Shown: positions 38,093 to 50,179 of the stretch, in pieces | Position numbering within the stretch: position 1 is the stretch's first letter | Layout: each line of letters begins with the position of its first letter | Assembly (NCBI GenBank): GCA_964016885.1 | Contig: OZ024741.1 | Span: 153,388,001-153,452,000 of the forward strand | Length of the DNA stretch: 64,000 bases | Source: Eledone cirrhosa | Lineage: Eukaryota | Direction: 5' to 3' | Notes under the pieces: model-generated | Told to the model about the DNA's origin: nothing | The model's database searches: none | Seen by the model: only the letters and a program-made list of their open reading frames with translations | Program-made: the position numbers and the translations under genes

Positions 38093-38174
38093 ACTCCAAC
38101 TAATTAGTTTCTGTAAGGGGATAAATATAGTTACATAATATAACTATAGAGAATTCCTTACGTCATCAGGGAGT
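38093..38174 (-). ncRNA. Type-I hammerhead ribozyme with extended stem II
   Basis: Minus strand: ACTCC-CTGATGA-C-GTAAGG...TATAGTTA/TAACTATA...CCTTAC-A-GAAA-CTAATTAG-TT-GGAGT. Confidence 0.75.
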
Positions 38175-38499
38175 CCATTCTCAGCTAAGTTCCCAGGCAA
38201 TGCGCGGACACTAGGAACCCATATAATAATAATAATAATTCAGTGGATGGAATAAAGCTAGTGAGGACTAAATTCCGGAGCACTGAAAAAATTCACTGCC
38301 TTTGGTCAGTGGCAGATTCTAAAGAATCAATCACGTGACACTGAGGTTAATCAGTTAGGAGCGGGGTGGTATTATGACAAGAGCCTACTACTACCATGAA
38401 TCAGCAGTAAATTTTGGCAAGTTTTGCTCAACAAATAATTTGGAGATAAATATATATATATATATATATATAGAAAATATATATATATATAAATACATA

Positions 38500-38554
<55 letters not shown>

Positions 38555-38614
38555 ACATACATATATATATATATACATACATATATATATATACATACAT
38601 ATATATATACATAC

Positions 38615-38649
<35 letters not shown>

Positions 38650-38655
38650 CATACA

Positions 38656-38685
<30 letters not shown>

Positions 38686-38686
<1 letters not shown>

Positions 38687-39292
38687 GGTGGCTGCCAACT
38701 CGTTTTCGAGTACGGCCACTACTTTATATCCATGTAGGAGAACCACTACTGATGCGCTGAGCGAGTGTGACTTTTTAGTCCAGCCAGCGACTTGAAAACT
38801 CTGGTACAAACACTACACTTGTGACAATTATTGACACATAGTGCTGGACCCATGGTACCATGTGACGACAAGTGCAGAGAGATCTCCAGATACAAAGCAA
38901 TGCCTGTGCCGTGAAGCTTTTATAGTGAGCAAAGGCACTGCACAAAGCCAGTCCCACTCTCTTAACCAAGATGATATTTACCAAAAAGAAGAACAAGTCA
39001 ACATCATTGAATACCATCAGGGTTGCAGGTGTTATATCAGAGTTTTCCTTCTCCTAGAATTCTGCCTTGACAAAGGCTAAGGGGTCATCTCTCCCGGTGA
39101 TTTTGGATGGCCATTGACTCTTAAGAGCTCCTTTGCCCTTTGACAGGTTTTGTTTTTAGTCCTGCAGGATGTCCAAAGTCACCCTCCTCACCAAGAAACC
39201 TTGGTGGGGTTGCCAGTTTAGTCGCCAACAACCCGACCATGAGACAGGTTGTACTGGGATACATGTTACCAGTAGCACCAACTGGTGACCTG
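38686..39292 (-). mobile_element. Second copy of the ~600-bp element
   Basis: Co-terminal and highly similar to 30953-31560. Confidence 0.8.
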
Positions 39293-39335
39293 ACCTAAAC
39301 ATACATACATACATATATATACATACATACATACA

Positions 39336-39672
39336 TGGCTTAGTGGTTAGAGCATTGAGCTTGCAATCGAAAGGTTATGAGTTCAATTCTCAGACCGGGT
39401 GATGTGTTGTTTCCTTGAGCAAGACACTTTATTTCATATTGCTCCAGTTTACTCAGCTGTAGAAATGAGATGATAGGACTGGGGTCCCTTTCATTCTACT
39501 GCAAAGTGGTCGTGGAGGTGCCACAGCAAAAAAAGCACCCAGCACTCACTGTAAATGAGGTTGGTGCTAGGAAGGACATCCAGCTGTAGAAATCAAACAA
39601 GAATCAGTTCCCATATAATTAAAGTCCCACCCTTGCAAGCAGGGAAAAACAGACGTAAAATGATGATGATGA
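39336..39672 (+). mobile_element. tRNA-head SINE with RTE-derived 3' tail
   Basis: A box TGGCTTAGTGG, B box GAGTTCAATTC, core CCTTGAGCAAGACACTT, tail GGTTGGTGCTAGGAAGGACATCCAGCTGTAGAAA followed by (GAT)n. Confidence 0.88.
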
Positions 39673-39996
39673 TATATATATATATTTATTTATTTATTAA
39701 AATAACAGATAAAAGTTCATGCAAAGAATCGCTGCTTTCACCCTTAACGGGATCTTCTGAAACTAAAAAAAATCAATATGTGAACGCAGAAGTAAATATA
39801 TATATATATATATTATATATATCCAGGGAGTGTAACTTGGAGTTACTGTAGGTTCACCCAGGTGAGCACTCGATGTTTAGGTTGACTTCAGTGTCGAGGT
39901 GTAGAGCTAGACAGAGTGTATTATAGTGAAAAGATAACAAGGACGATTGGTTACTCCTTCATTACATTTATTGGTTATATATATATATATATATTG

Positions 39997-40520
39997 TGGC
40001 TGCAAACTCTGCTTAGAGTATTGCAATCGCTTGTCAGATTACAGAAAATGGTGCATCTTTAGGCTACATCCAGCCACACAAACCTGTAACAGATCCTGAA
40101 CAAGCAATGCCTGTGGTTTGAAGGTTTTTTAAGTGGGGAAAGGCCTTACACTCGACCAATCCCACTCTCTGAGCATCGAAAACACTACCTGAAAAGGAGA
40201 ACTTGTCAACATCATCAGATGCTTCCAAAGCCGCAGGTTTTTTTTTTTTTAGAGTTTCCCTCTCCTAGAAAGGTGTGGTGACAACAACTGGGGGCCTTTC
40301 ACTCCCAGGTGGAAAAAAAAAAGTACTATTTAGATGGCCATTGACCTTGTTGAGTTCCTCCGCCCTTTTCCGGGTCTTGTATTTCATCCCACAGGGTGTC
40401 CAAATATCACCCTCCTCACCAAGCAAGCTTGGTGGGGTTGCTGGTTTAGTTGCCGACGACCCGACCATGAGACTGGTTGTACTGGGTTACATGTTACCAG
40501 TAACACTCGAGAGCGACCTG
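39997..40520 (-). mobile_element. Diverged third member of the ~600-bp element family
   Basis: Shares CACCCTCCTCACCAAG...CTTGGTGGGGTTGC...CCGACCATGAGAC...GTACTGGG and the same end point. Confidence 0.75.
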
Positions 40521-40659
40521 ACATATATATATATATATACACAGATATATACATAATCATATGTATATATATATATATATATATATTCACACACACACAC
40601 ACACATAAAGACCCTTTTTTTTCCCCTTTCAGGTACATAGAACCTCTACCCAAGGAAAT

Positions 40660-41105
40660 AACAACTGCCAAGGTACAAATCTCAGCACTGCCACCCTCAA
40701 CGTTGGAACCCTGAAAGGTAAATCAAGTGAAATTGTTTAATTGTTAGAGAGAAGAAAAGTCGATGTATGTTATGTATAAGAAGTGAGATGGAGGAATGCC
40801 TCAGCGAGACTAATCACAGGCAAACAACTTAGATATAAACTCTTCTGGGTAGGAAATGACAATGGGGTAAGAGGTGTAGGCATCTTACTAGCTGAGAAAT
40901 GGATAGATAAGGTGATAGAGGTAGTTAGAGTAAGTGACAGAATCATCAAACTTAGAATAGCTGTAGGAAATAGAACAGTGACAATTACATCTACATATGC
41001 TCCACAGACAGAACTAAGTAAAGACCAAAAGGACAGGTTCTATGAGGAACTTTTACAGATAACTTCAGGTACTGATGAAAGAGACCTCCTCATCCTGACA
41101 GGTGA
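40660..41105 (+). pseudogene. RTE APE endonuclease fragment
   Basis: TLNVGTLKG, YKLFWVGNDNGVRGVGILLAEKW, YAPQ, GD motifs. Confidence 0.85.
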
Positions 41106-41929
41106 CACCAACCACTTTATAGCATGTACTGGGTGTGTTTATCATGTACATCACCAACACTAATTAGATTGTCATGTCCTTAACATAACTGAAGTGTCCT
41201 CTCAACTCTTTGTTTGGCAAACTTTCTACAGCTGGATGCCCTTCTATCACCAACCAATTCAGTGTGTACTGGGTGTGTTTATTATGTAACTCACCAACAC
41301 TAGAGAGGCTGTCATGCGATTTGATGCAACTGAAGAGTCATCTCAACCCATTGGCATGGTTTCTACAGCAGGGTATTCTTCCTATTGTCAACCACCTTAC
41401 AGCGTATAGTGGGTAAATTTTCATGGCACCAACACTAGGGAGGTTGTCAGTTACTGTTCCAACTGAAGAGTTCTCTCTGCTCTGCAGGAAGATAAGTATG
41501 AAGTTATGGATTATAGCAAGTGTGGTAAGATTTGACACGGTGATGAGGAGGAAGGAAGCGGTGACTTCTGATAGCATAAGAGGATGGTGATGTAGTGATG
41601 TTGAGAATACCTAAGTGGTGGTAATGGTGGTGGTATGGACAGTGTGGTCAATAGCAGGGGGTGGAGGTGCTCGCACTAGTGTGTCAGGATTTTTTATGGG
41701 GAATATAGTGATGGAGAGAAGAGCTAAGGAGTGGTAATGAAGAGGGCATGGGTCGGGTGGCATGCACAAGTGTACAGAGAGTAGTTAATAGGGTGTGATA
41801 ATGTGGGTATCTAAGGAGATAGAGGAGGAGAATAGCTAGGGAGTGATCTGCATGTATGTGCAGTTAAGGTGAGGATAGCTACTAGAGAGTTTGAGTGGTG
41901 GTAGCAGGGGATGGGTCAGATCACATTTT

Positions 41930-43200
41930 ATGCTGGTAGATGGGTCTTCACCAGTACAGCATAGTTCTAGCCCTCATGGTCCTTTGTAATATCTGTTGTG
42001 AGGTTTAGCATCTTTAGATTGGTCTTCACTACCTCATCCCAAATTTTCCTGGATCTGCCTTTTCCATGAGTTTCATCCAGAGATTGCTCTGCATTTCATT
42101 ATGCAGTCTTCTCTCTTGCACACTACATTCAATTCCTCTTATGCCAAGATTTTTTCTCAGCTTGTTGATGCTATATCATTCATGCACACTAATATTACAC
42201 GTCCATTTTTTCTGGCCTTTGTAGGTCTTCTGCAGTCAAGGACCATGTATTACTACCATATAGCATTGCAGTTCTTATGCTGGTATCATCTACCCTTCAC
42301 AATGAGAGAGAAGCCCTTTTTTGTTTCAATTTTTATGGCTGATCCCTCTGTTGGGTCTATATGAGGTAGGTCTTTGCTGTCCCATTTATTCTCTTCATTC
42401 AGCAACCCCTTATCATAAGTCTTCCATGCCTCTTTCTTTCTGGCATCAGACAGAACAAGTGCTCCACTATCATTTCAGACACACTTTTCCCCAACCACAT
42501 CATGAGTTTCTCTAGCACACCGCCTCACAATCCAGAATACTTTGCACCTCTGATCTTCAAGATGCAGGACATGTGCAAACATCTTTTCTGCCTCTTCTTG
42601 TGCTGGATATACTTGATTACTGGCCTCTCTTCTAGCTATTTCGTATTGCTCTCTGTCTTCCTCTTTTCTCCAGTCTTGTCTTTTTTTGCTTTTATGGTTT
42701 TATGGTTCTAAATACCTTATCATCCTACCATCACATCACCCTCAATCTTGCTGGGACATTGCACTAGCCACAAATCTGGTTTATGGCTTCCAGCAGGTTG
42801 TCCCATAGAAATTCCCAATTTTTCTCTATGTTATATGTCTCCATCTCCTCTTCCTTACTGTTATAGCCATCAAGTAGGATTTCTCTGCATTTGTTATCTG
42901 CTGAGCTTTCATGCCTTCTTACAGCAGACTGGCTTTTGTCTTTTAGTTCATTAGGCCTTTACTCTAATGTTATTGACAACAAATCTGTGTTGGAAGGTAC
43001 ATTCTTCCCTAAGAAAGGACTTGGTATTTATAACCATTTTCCTGTCTCATTTCCTGGTGAGGATGAAGCCTGTTTGGCTTGTATGCCTCCCTGATTGGTA
43101 GGTAATTAAGAGACTGGTTAGCTGGTTTCCTGAAGTTTGTGTTGTCAATCCTTAGGTTGAGAGCATTGCAGATCACCATTTCTTCTACCATAACCGTAGT
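41930..43200 (-). mobile_element. Heavily decayed RTE LINE
   Basis: Minus-strand remnants of RPGKIWDEVVK, ICNALNL..NTNFRK and a CLRKNVPSN-like segment. Confidence 0.65.
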
Positions 43201-44886
43201 CTCCATGTACAACTTAAGCCAAGAACTCAAACTTATTCCTCTTGTCACAACTTTATTTAAGAACTCAAACATCATCAAACTTTATCACATGGTCCAAAAA
43301 AACAAATTTGGTCAAGCTAAAACAGGAGTTAGCCTTGTGGGATCCAATAACAGTCTTCATACATATTATGGAATTCATTTTAAGGCAATGTTTCACTGAA
43401 AGAAAGTAGGAATGTCTATAGTTGCAAGCAACGTTAGCTCCACAGGCTATTTATGTTGGTGGTCCTGCAATCAGATTGGTCATTATTTTGTGATTCTTAC
43501 AAAGTCCATATAGCCCCAGTATATTATTGTTCAAGGTTTGGAAATTGTTGGTGGTACTCTTTCTTGGTTTTAGAATGTTTGACCACATCATCATATGAGC
43601 ACTAAGAATTCTTTCTCTTTCCTCATGTTATTGTTGCATTGTCTGTCTTGTGTTGTTGATGTGGGGTTGCATTATTAGAATGTAGTTCGGCAAGCTGTCT
43701 ATGGACAGCAACTAATGACTATATGATAAATCTAAAAGAGTGCAGACATAAACCCACCTCCAATAGAATATAGGAGTAGAATAACAACTACCTAGTGAAA
43801 GATGTGAGAGTCAATGAAAAGACATACACACATTCGCACAAAAACTTGGTGGAGAAACATGACGTGAAGACACATACATATACAGGTATGTATACATATA
43901 ACCAAATACAGAAGCTTGTGGAAGTAGCAGATCACAAAGATACACATACAGAGACAAACACACACCACAAAATGACAAGGTGGAGTAAATACATGAACAG
44001 AAAAAAGAGGAGACACACAGGAGCAAGAATAGTTTTTGAGAAGTCCACAGAATATGTGATGAAAGAGCTTTGACAATTAATTAAGCAACCACCTGGTTAT
44101 TAAACTAACTGATGAAAGGATTAGTTACCTAAGTAATAATAAACTTGTGCATGTTTTTAATGACAGCATGACCCTTCTAAAGTATAACAATATCTGCTTC
44201 AACACCTGATTTCACATCAAGAATATTACAAAACAAATGAGTTGTGGTGCCAAGCAGATGGTTGTGCCAAACAAAGCGTTGGGATGACCCTTCAGTTGTG
44301 TCAAGGACATGACAACTCCCCTACTGCTGGTGATTTACACGATAAAAGCACCCAGTACATTCTATAAAGTAGTTGGTGATAGGAAGGGCATCCAACTGTA
44401 GACAGCTTGCCAAACAAAAGGTTCAAGGACCCTCTTATCAAAGACAACCTCTCTAGAGCTGGTGATATGCCTGTCTGAGAAATCAATGACCCTACTTCAA
44501 TACAGACTGTCTGTGAAGACAGTCTGTATTGAAGCAAGGAAAGTGGACATTAAATGATGATGATTAAATATATATATATATATACACATATAGTCAATTT
44601 GGCAGAATCATTAGCATTAGATATTTGTTGTGATTCTACATTCAAATCCCACCAAGGTCTACATTGCTGTTCATCCTTTTGAAGTCAATGAGGGAAGTAC
44701 CAACCCAATGCTGGTGTAGCCTTCTTTCCTTCAAGCTGTAACATCCTGGATGTTCCACTGGATCAAATCATGGAGGGCCACGAGGGTGTTTGTCTTCTCA
44801 GGACTGCATGGGTACCTACAATTTTTAACAAAAGTATGGTAGACACTACCAAGTGCTACTCAATTGCAAGTGATAGCTGTAAGGAA

Positions 44887-47800
44887 TGTCCGAACGAAAA
44901 TCATGTAAACGTAAGGTACAGACTTCATCTCTCTCTCCTCTCTCTCTCTCATTTCGTATTTCAAGTCCAAATAGCCATTCTATCGCTAAAACAAACTACA
45001 TTTTCTGTTTCTATTAAGTGCTAAATACGTTTAGGTTTTTGGACGTATTTAACAGAACAAATTTTGTATTTTTGTTAATCGCTTGTTAAATGCATAGACC
45101 CATCTCAATCATTACCTTCTTGCTAGCTATTTTCAAACCTTAATTCCTAACGTATTTTCAAACCCCAAAAAAAGCAAAATCCTTTCCTTCTTCCTTCTTC
45201 GAAGGCACGGGGCGGTCAAACGCCTAACACCCACAGCCATCATGTGGCCCCCTACCCTCGCACTCTCTCTCTCTCTCTCTCTCTCTCCCTATAAATATAT
45301 GATAGGAATTCACTTCGCCAAATTTCATTTCTTTGCCTGCTGTCCGAACGAAAATCATGTAAACGTAAGGTACAGACTTCATCTCTCTCTCCTCTCTCTC
45401 TCTCATTTCGTCTCAATCATTACCTTCTTGCTAGCTACCCAACACCCCTCCCTCCCACCCCCACACACCACCATTGCTATTACGTGGACCAATCATAAAA
45501 CAGCCCCCACGTATCACCAGTATTATTACGCGGACCAATCAGAAACCAGAGGCCTATACTATCGCTTGCCTGGTTGCCTTTCGATATACGATATATGATG
45601 GATGGATGGACTGCGGAATCCTGGAGAGTGGAGGTGAGAGAGAAAAATCTGGACGCTCAGCGACAATGCCAAAGATAAAGACAAATTCACCCCTTGGACG
45701 AGAATGCGAGCACTCCTCATTGTTTCGACCGCGGACGGCTAACATAACACCATCGCCCCCCGCCCCTCACCGCCCCCAACCCCCAAACGCAATCCAAAAC
45801 TTCAGAGTTGGTACCATAAATGTAGGCACCCTAAAGGGTCGCGCTAACGAGGTTGTAGAAATGCTTGAACGTAAGGAGGTCGATGTTTGTTGTATTCAAG
45901 AGACCAGGTGGAGGGGTGGGTCTGCTAGGTTCATTGAGGGTAAAAAACGTTGTTATAAGCTTTTCTGGGTGGGAAACGACGATGGGCTGGGTGGAGTAGG
46001 AATCATGGTAGCAGAAAAGTGGGCAGATAAGATAATAGACGTAAATAGAGTGAACGACAGAATAATTAAAATACGACTTGTCCTCAATAGAACTACGGTG
46101 ACAGTAATATCTGCGTACGCACCCCAATCCGGACTGCCCGGCACTATAAAAGACAGATTCTATGAGACACTGATGCTAACTACCTCCCAAATATCCGACA
46201 GTGACTATATAATTATCGCAGGCGACCTAAATGGTCACGTTGGACAACATTGTGACGGCTACGACGAAATCCATGGAGGCTATGGGTTTGGTACTAGAAA
46301 TGAGGAAGGCTCCAGAATCCTGGAATTCTGTGATGCAAATAACCTAACTATCTGTAACACTAACTTCAAAAAACGTGACAATCACCTGATCACCTATAGA
46401 TCCGGGGAACACACAAGCCAGGTAGATTATATCCTTACCAGAAGACGTGACAGAGTGTCTGTTGTTAACACTAAATCCCTCCCCCATGAAGAATGCACCT
46501 CCCAACATAGACTGATAATTAGCGACCTCATAGTCAGGACGAGACGTACTCGACAACAGAAGAGGACTATCCTCAGGAGGAAAATATGGAAGTTAAAGGA
46601 CCCCACAGCCAGGAATAAATTTCAAAGCATATTACTTGATGCTTTCGACAGTAAGGAAGAACATTTAGAGTCGGACAATATAGAGGGAGAGTGGGAATTT
46701 CTGAAAGCAAACCTGCTGTTGGCGACAGACGAGGTCTGTGGCTGGAGCAGGCCTGTAGGCAGGAGGAGAGTAACATGGTGGTGGAACAGTAAGGTGGAGG
46801 GGTCAATTAAGGCCAAAAAGCAGGCTTGGAAAGTATGGCGGGATGGGGGAAGTAGAGAGGACTATCAAGTGGCCAGGAGGGAAGCTAGGAGACAAGTGTA
46901 CTTAGCAAGAAGGGAAGCTGAGGAAAGAAAGTTCAAGCATGTTCTACAACGCGATGACCAAAAACGTGAGGTGTTCAGGATTGCTAGGCAATGCGTCAAG
47001 GAAAACCGTGATATTGTCGGGGAGAAGTGTGTACTAAACGACGATGGCACACTTGCCATCACCGACGCTGATAAGAAGGTAGCTTGGAAGTGTCACTATG
47101 AAAGGCTTCTAAATGAGGAGAATAATTGGGAGAAAGGCAGTCTCCCCCATATCGACCCAATAGAGGGACCAGCAGTGTTAGTCGAGGGGAGTATAATAAG
47201 TAAGGCAATCAAGGATATGAAGACTGGTAAGGCGGCTGGGCCTTCGGAAATAGTTGCTGAGATGCTGAAGGCATCTGGCACGGTGGGACACACCATGGTC
47301 ACCCGCATAGTTAACCAAGTCGTACAAAACGGGGTTGTTCCGAAGGACTGGCATAGCAGCATCATCGTTAACTGTTATAAGGGTAAAGGAGACGCCCTAG
47401 ATAGGAGTAACTATAGAGGCATTAAATTAATCGACCAGGTCATGAAGGTCACGGAAAGAGTAATAGCGCAGCTAATCAGAGAGAGAATTGACCTAGATGA
47501 AATGCAGTTCGGGTTTGTGTCAGGCAAAAGTACCACAGACGCTCTTTTCATAGTACGACAACTACAAGAGAAGTACCTAGCTAAAGGTAAACCCCTCTAC
47601 TTAGCTTTTGTCGACTTGGAGAAAGCCTTCGACAGAGTCCCCCGCTCCATTATCTGGTGGGCTCTTAGAAAACTAGGCGTTGACGAATGGCTTGTGAGGG
47701 CTATACAAGCCATGTATAAAGAAACAGTCAGCAAGGTTAGAATTAACAACGAATATAGTGAAGAGTTTAGCGTAAAAGTCGGCGTCCATCAGGGCTCTGT

Positions 47801-49227
47801 TCTCAGTCCACTACTATTTATTATTGCCCTTCAGGCCATAACAGAGGAGTTCAAGACAGGCTGCCCATGGGAACTCCTATACGCAGACGACCTGACACTC
47901 ATAGCGGAATCAATGGCCGAGCTAGAGAAGAAATTCCAAACATGGAAGCACGGCCTAGAGTCAAAAGGACTTAAAATTAACCTGGCTAAGACCAAAGTAC
48001 TAGTTTGTAGGAAAGAAAACAAGGCGGCGGTCCCTTCTGGGAAATGGTCGTGCTCGGTGTGTAGGAAAGGCGTAGGTAGAAACTCCATTTTATGTCCTAA
48101 ATGCAAAGTATGGGTGCATAAAAGATGTAGTGGGATCACAGGTAGGCTAACTAAGAACATAGATTTTACATGTGGCCGGTGCTCTGGTGCAATAAGTAGC
48201 AGCAAGTGCCCACAAACTACTAGCTCTTTCAATTGCGCAGAGGGTTCTATAGAAATAGTGGACAGCTTCCGTTACCTGGGCGATAAAATCAGCAGTGGGG
48301 GAGGGTGCTCTGAAAGTACTGTAGCTAGAGTCAGAACTGGTTGGAAAAAGTTCAGAGAGCTTATACCACTGTTAGCTGCTAAAGGGTTCTCACTAAAAAT
48401 GAAAGGCAGGTTGTACGATGCCTGCATACGAACAGCAATGCTGCATGGCAGTGAGACCTGGGCATTGTGTGCAGAGGATATACGCAGACTAGAGAGGAAC
48501 GAAGCTTGCATGCTCCGCTGGATGTGTAACAGTAATATACGTGAACGGCAAAGCATAAACGAACTAAGGAATAAATTAGAGATAAGAGGGATCAGATGTT
48601 GTTTACTCGAGAGAAGGCTACGTTGGTATGGACACGTGATGCGCATGAAAGTCGATAGCTGTATAACAAAGTGCAGGGCAATAAAGATAGACGGTAGTCA
48701 CGGAATAGGCAGACCTAGAAAAACCTGGGACGAGCTGATAAACTCCGACATCACACACTTACACCTCTCCAAGACAATGTCACTGGACCGAGACCTTTGG
48801 CGGTACTCAGTAACAGAGAAGACCCGCCTTACCTAAATATATAGTAAAACCTACTCCAGCCAGTAGGCATCTCTAACAAATACACCCCGTCCCACCACCC
48901 TCACCCGATCCACACCACCCCGTTCTATGTAAAGTTATGTTGGTGCCGCGCCATCGAGGCCGAAACAAATGAGATCGTGTAGGTGTCACGACAAAAAAAC
49001 ACACAGTCCACGCTGTAATGTGGCCGTGTAGGCAACACGGTAAAAACCTCCCAGACCCACACTGTAAATGTGGTTGGTGTTAGGAAGGGCATCCAACTGT
49101 AGAAAACCTGCCAGACAGTCCTATGCGAGCAAGACAATCACTCTTGCCTCAAGTGGGACTACCCCCGTCCAAACCCATGCAAGCGTGGAACACGGACGTT
49201 AAACGCTGATGATGATGATGATGATGA
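44887..49227 (+). mobile_element. RTE LINE copy 3, apparently full length and intact
   Basis: Duplicated 5' leader, uninterrupted ORF, 3' UTR and (GAT)n tail. 5' boundary approximate. Confidence 0.93.
45666..48836 (+). CDS. RTE LINE polyprotein: APE endonuclease + reverse transcriptase with PHD-type finger (1056 aa from first conserved ATG)
   Basis: GTINVGTL, CIQETRW, YAPQ, GDLNG, SQH, NYRGI, DLEKAFD, QGSVLSP, YADD, C4HC3 and YLG. ACAATGCCAAAG start shared with copy 2. Confidence 0.95.
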   Translation: MPKIKTNSPLGRECEHSSLFRPRTANITPSPPAPHRPQPPNAIQNFRVGTINVGTLKGRANEVVEMLERKEVDVCCIQETRWRGGSARFIEGKKRCYKLFWVGNDDGLGGVGIMVAEKWADKIIDVNRVNDRIIKIRLVLNRTTVTVISAYAPQSGLPGTIKDRFYETLMLTTSQISDSDYIIIAGDLNGHVGQHCDGYDEIHGGYGFGTRNEEGSRILEFCDANNLTICNTNFKKRDNHLITYRSGEHTSQVDYILTRRRDRVSVVNTKSLPHEECTSQHRLIISDLIVRTRRTRQQKRTILRRKIWKLKDPTARNKFQSILLDAFDSKEEHLESDNIEGEWEFLKANLLLATDEVCGWSRPVGRRRVTWWWNSKVEGSIKAKKQAWKVWRDGGSREDYQVARREARRQVYLARREAEERKFKHVLQRDDQKREVFRIARQCVKENRDIVGEKCVLNDDGTLAITDADKKVAWKCHYERLLNEENNWEKGSLPHIDPIEGPAVLVEGSIISKAIKDMKTGKAAGPSEIVAEMLKASGTVGHTMVTRIVNQVVQNGVVPKDWHSSIIVNCYKGKGDALDRSNYRGIKLIDQVMKVTERVIAQLIRERIDLDEMQFGFVSGKSTTDALFIVRQLQEKYLAKGKPLYLAFVDLEKAFDRVPRSIIWWALRKLGVDEWLVRAIQAMYKETVSKVRINNEYSEEFSVKVGVHQGSVLSPLLFIIALQAITEEFKTGCPWELLYADDLTLIAESMAELEKKFQTWKHGLESKGLKINLAKTKVLVCRKENKAAVPSGKWSCSVCRKGVGRNSILCPKCKVWVHKRCSGITGRLTKNIDFTCGRCSGAISSSKCPQTTSSFNCAEGSIEIVDSFRYLGDKISSGGGCSESTVARVRTGWKKFRELIPLLAAKGFSLKMKGRLYDACIRTAMLHGSETWALCAEDIRRLERNEACMLRWMCNSNIRERQSINELRNKLEIRGIRCCLLERRLRWYGHVMRMKVDSCITKCRAIKIDGSHGIGRPRKTWDELINSDITHLHLSKTMSLDRDLWRYSVTEKTRLT

Positions 49228-50179
49228 TATATATATTAGATTTAAGACTCATCTCTTGCCAAACTTCTGGATTCACCCTGAATATTATTGTATCAGCAAT
49301 TAGAAAATTCAGTGATTATGTATTCAGTTTTGTTAATCTCATATTTAGGGTGATTATATTTACAGTATCACGCCCTATTATGGAATATATGTGGTTAATC
49401 CCTATCAGACCATCATGTTAGCTTAGTTAATTAAGCTTCCGCACTGACAATAAATGGGATTAAGAAAGAGGAGATCTACCAGGAAAATAGTTAAACTGAG
49501 CACTGATTTGTAAGCTATATGTATGTTTATGTGTGTGTAAATATACATTAGTGTCTGTATGTCTACGTAAAAATTTGTATGTGTGTGTGTATGTTTATAC
49601 ACAGACATAAAAAATACATATATGTACAATTCTCTAAATGTGTATATATATGTTCATGCATGTATATATATGTGTGTGTGGAATATACCAGTGATGTATT
49701 TTACAATATTCTTTTGAAATAACCTTCATTGCAAGTTGGTGAAAAGTAATTAATAATCGTTAGTTAGAAATATTTAGTGGAGTCACCCTTATTGCATGAG
49801 GATCAACTATTTAGCAGACAGCTTTGTTGTGTGAAAATCAACAATTCAGTGGAGTAACCTTTGTTGTATGAGGATCAACTACTTAGTAGAGGCACCCTTG
49901 TATCAAGATCAAATATTTAGTGCAGTTACCCTTGTTGTGAGAGGATCAACTATACCTAACAACAATGCACTTTTAATACTAAAACCTGATTCATTATTAA
50001 ACTCTTCTTTCCTCAGAGGAAATTTTTTAAAATATGAAACTTTGTCAAAAGAATATGGAAGATCAGGTGCATACCAGTAGAGGTTGGCAACCAAGGGTTT
50101 GCAGCTCATTCCCTTATCATCATCATCATCATCATCATTTTACGTCCGCTTTTCCCTGCTTGCAAGGGTGGGACCTGAG

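Noticed and set aside
39336-39410. tRNA genes (also ~19600-19673, 55795-55850 and 59460-59520)
   Set aside because: A and B boxes are present but there is no complete cloverleaf, and they continue into SINE bodies.
44956-45097. GT...AG intron explaining the A-B fusion in the LINE leader
   Set aside because: Splicing would give CATTTC|ACCCATCTCAATC, but the fused copy reads CATTTCGTCTCAATC.
45474-45665. N-terminal 64 aa of the 1120-aa ORF-track call
   Set aside because: It starts at TTG in the leader and is not conserved in copy 2. ATG 45666 is the shared start.
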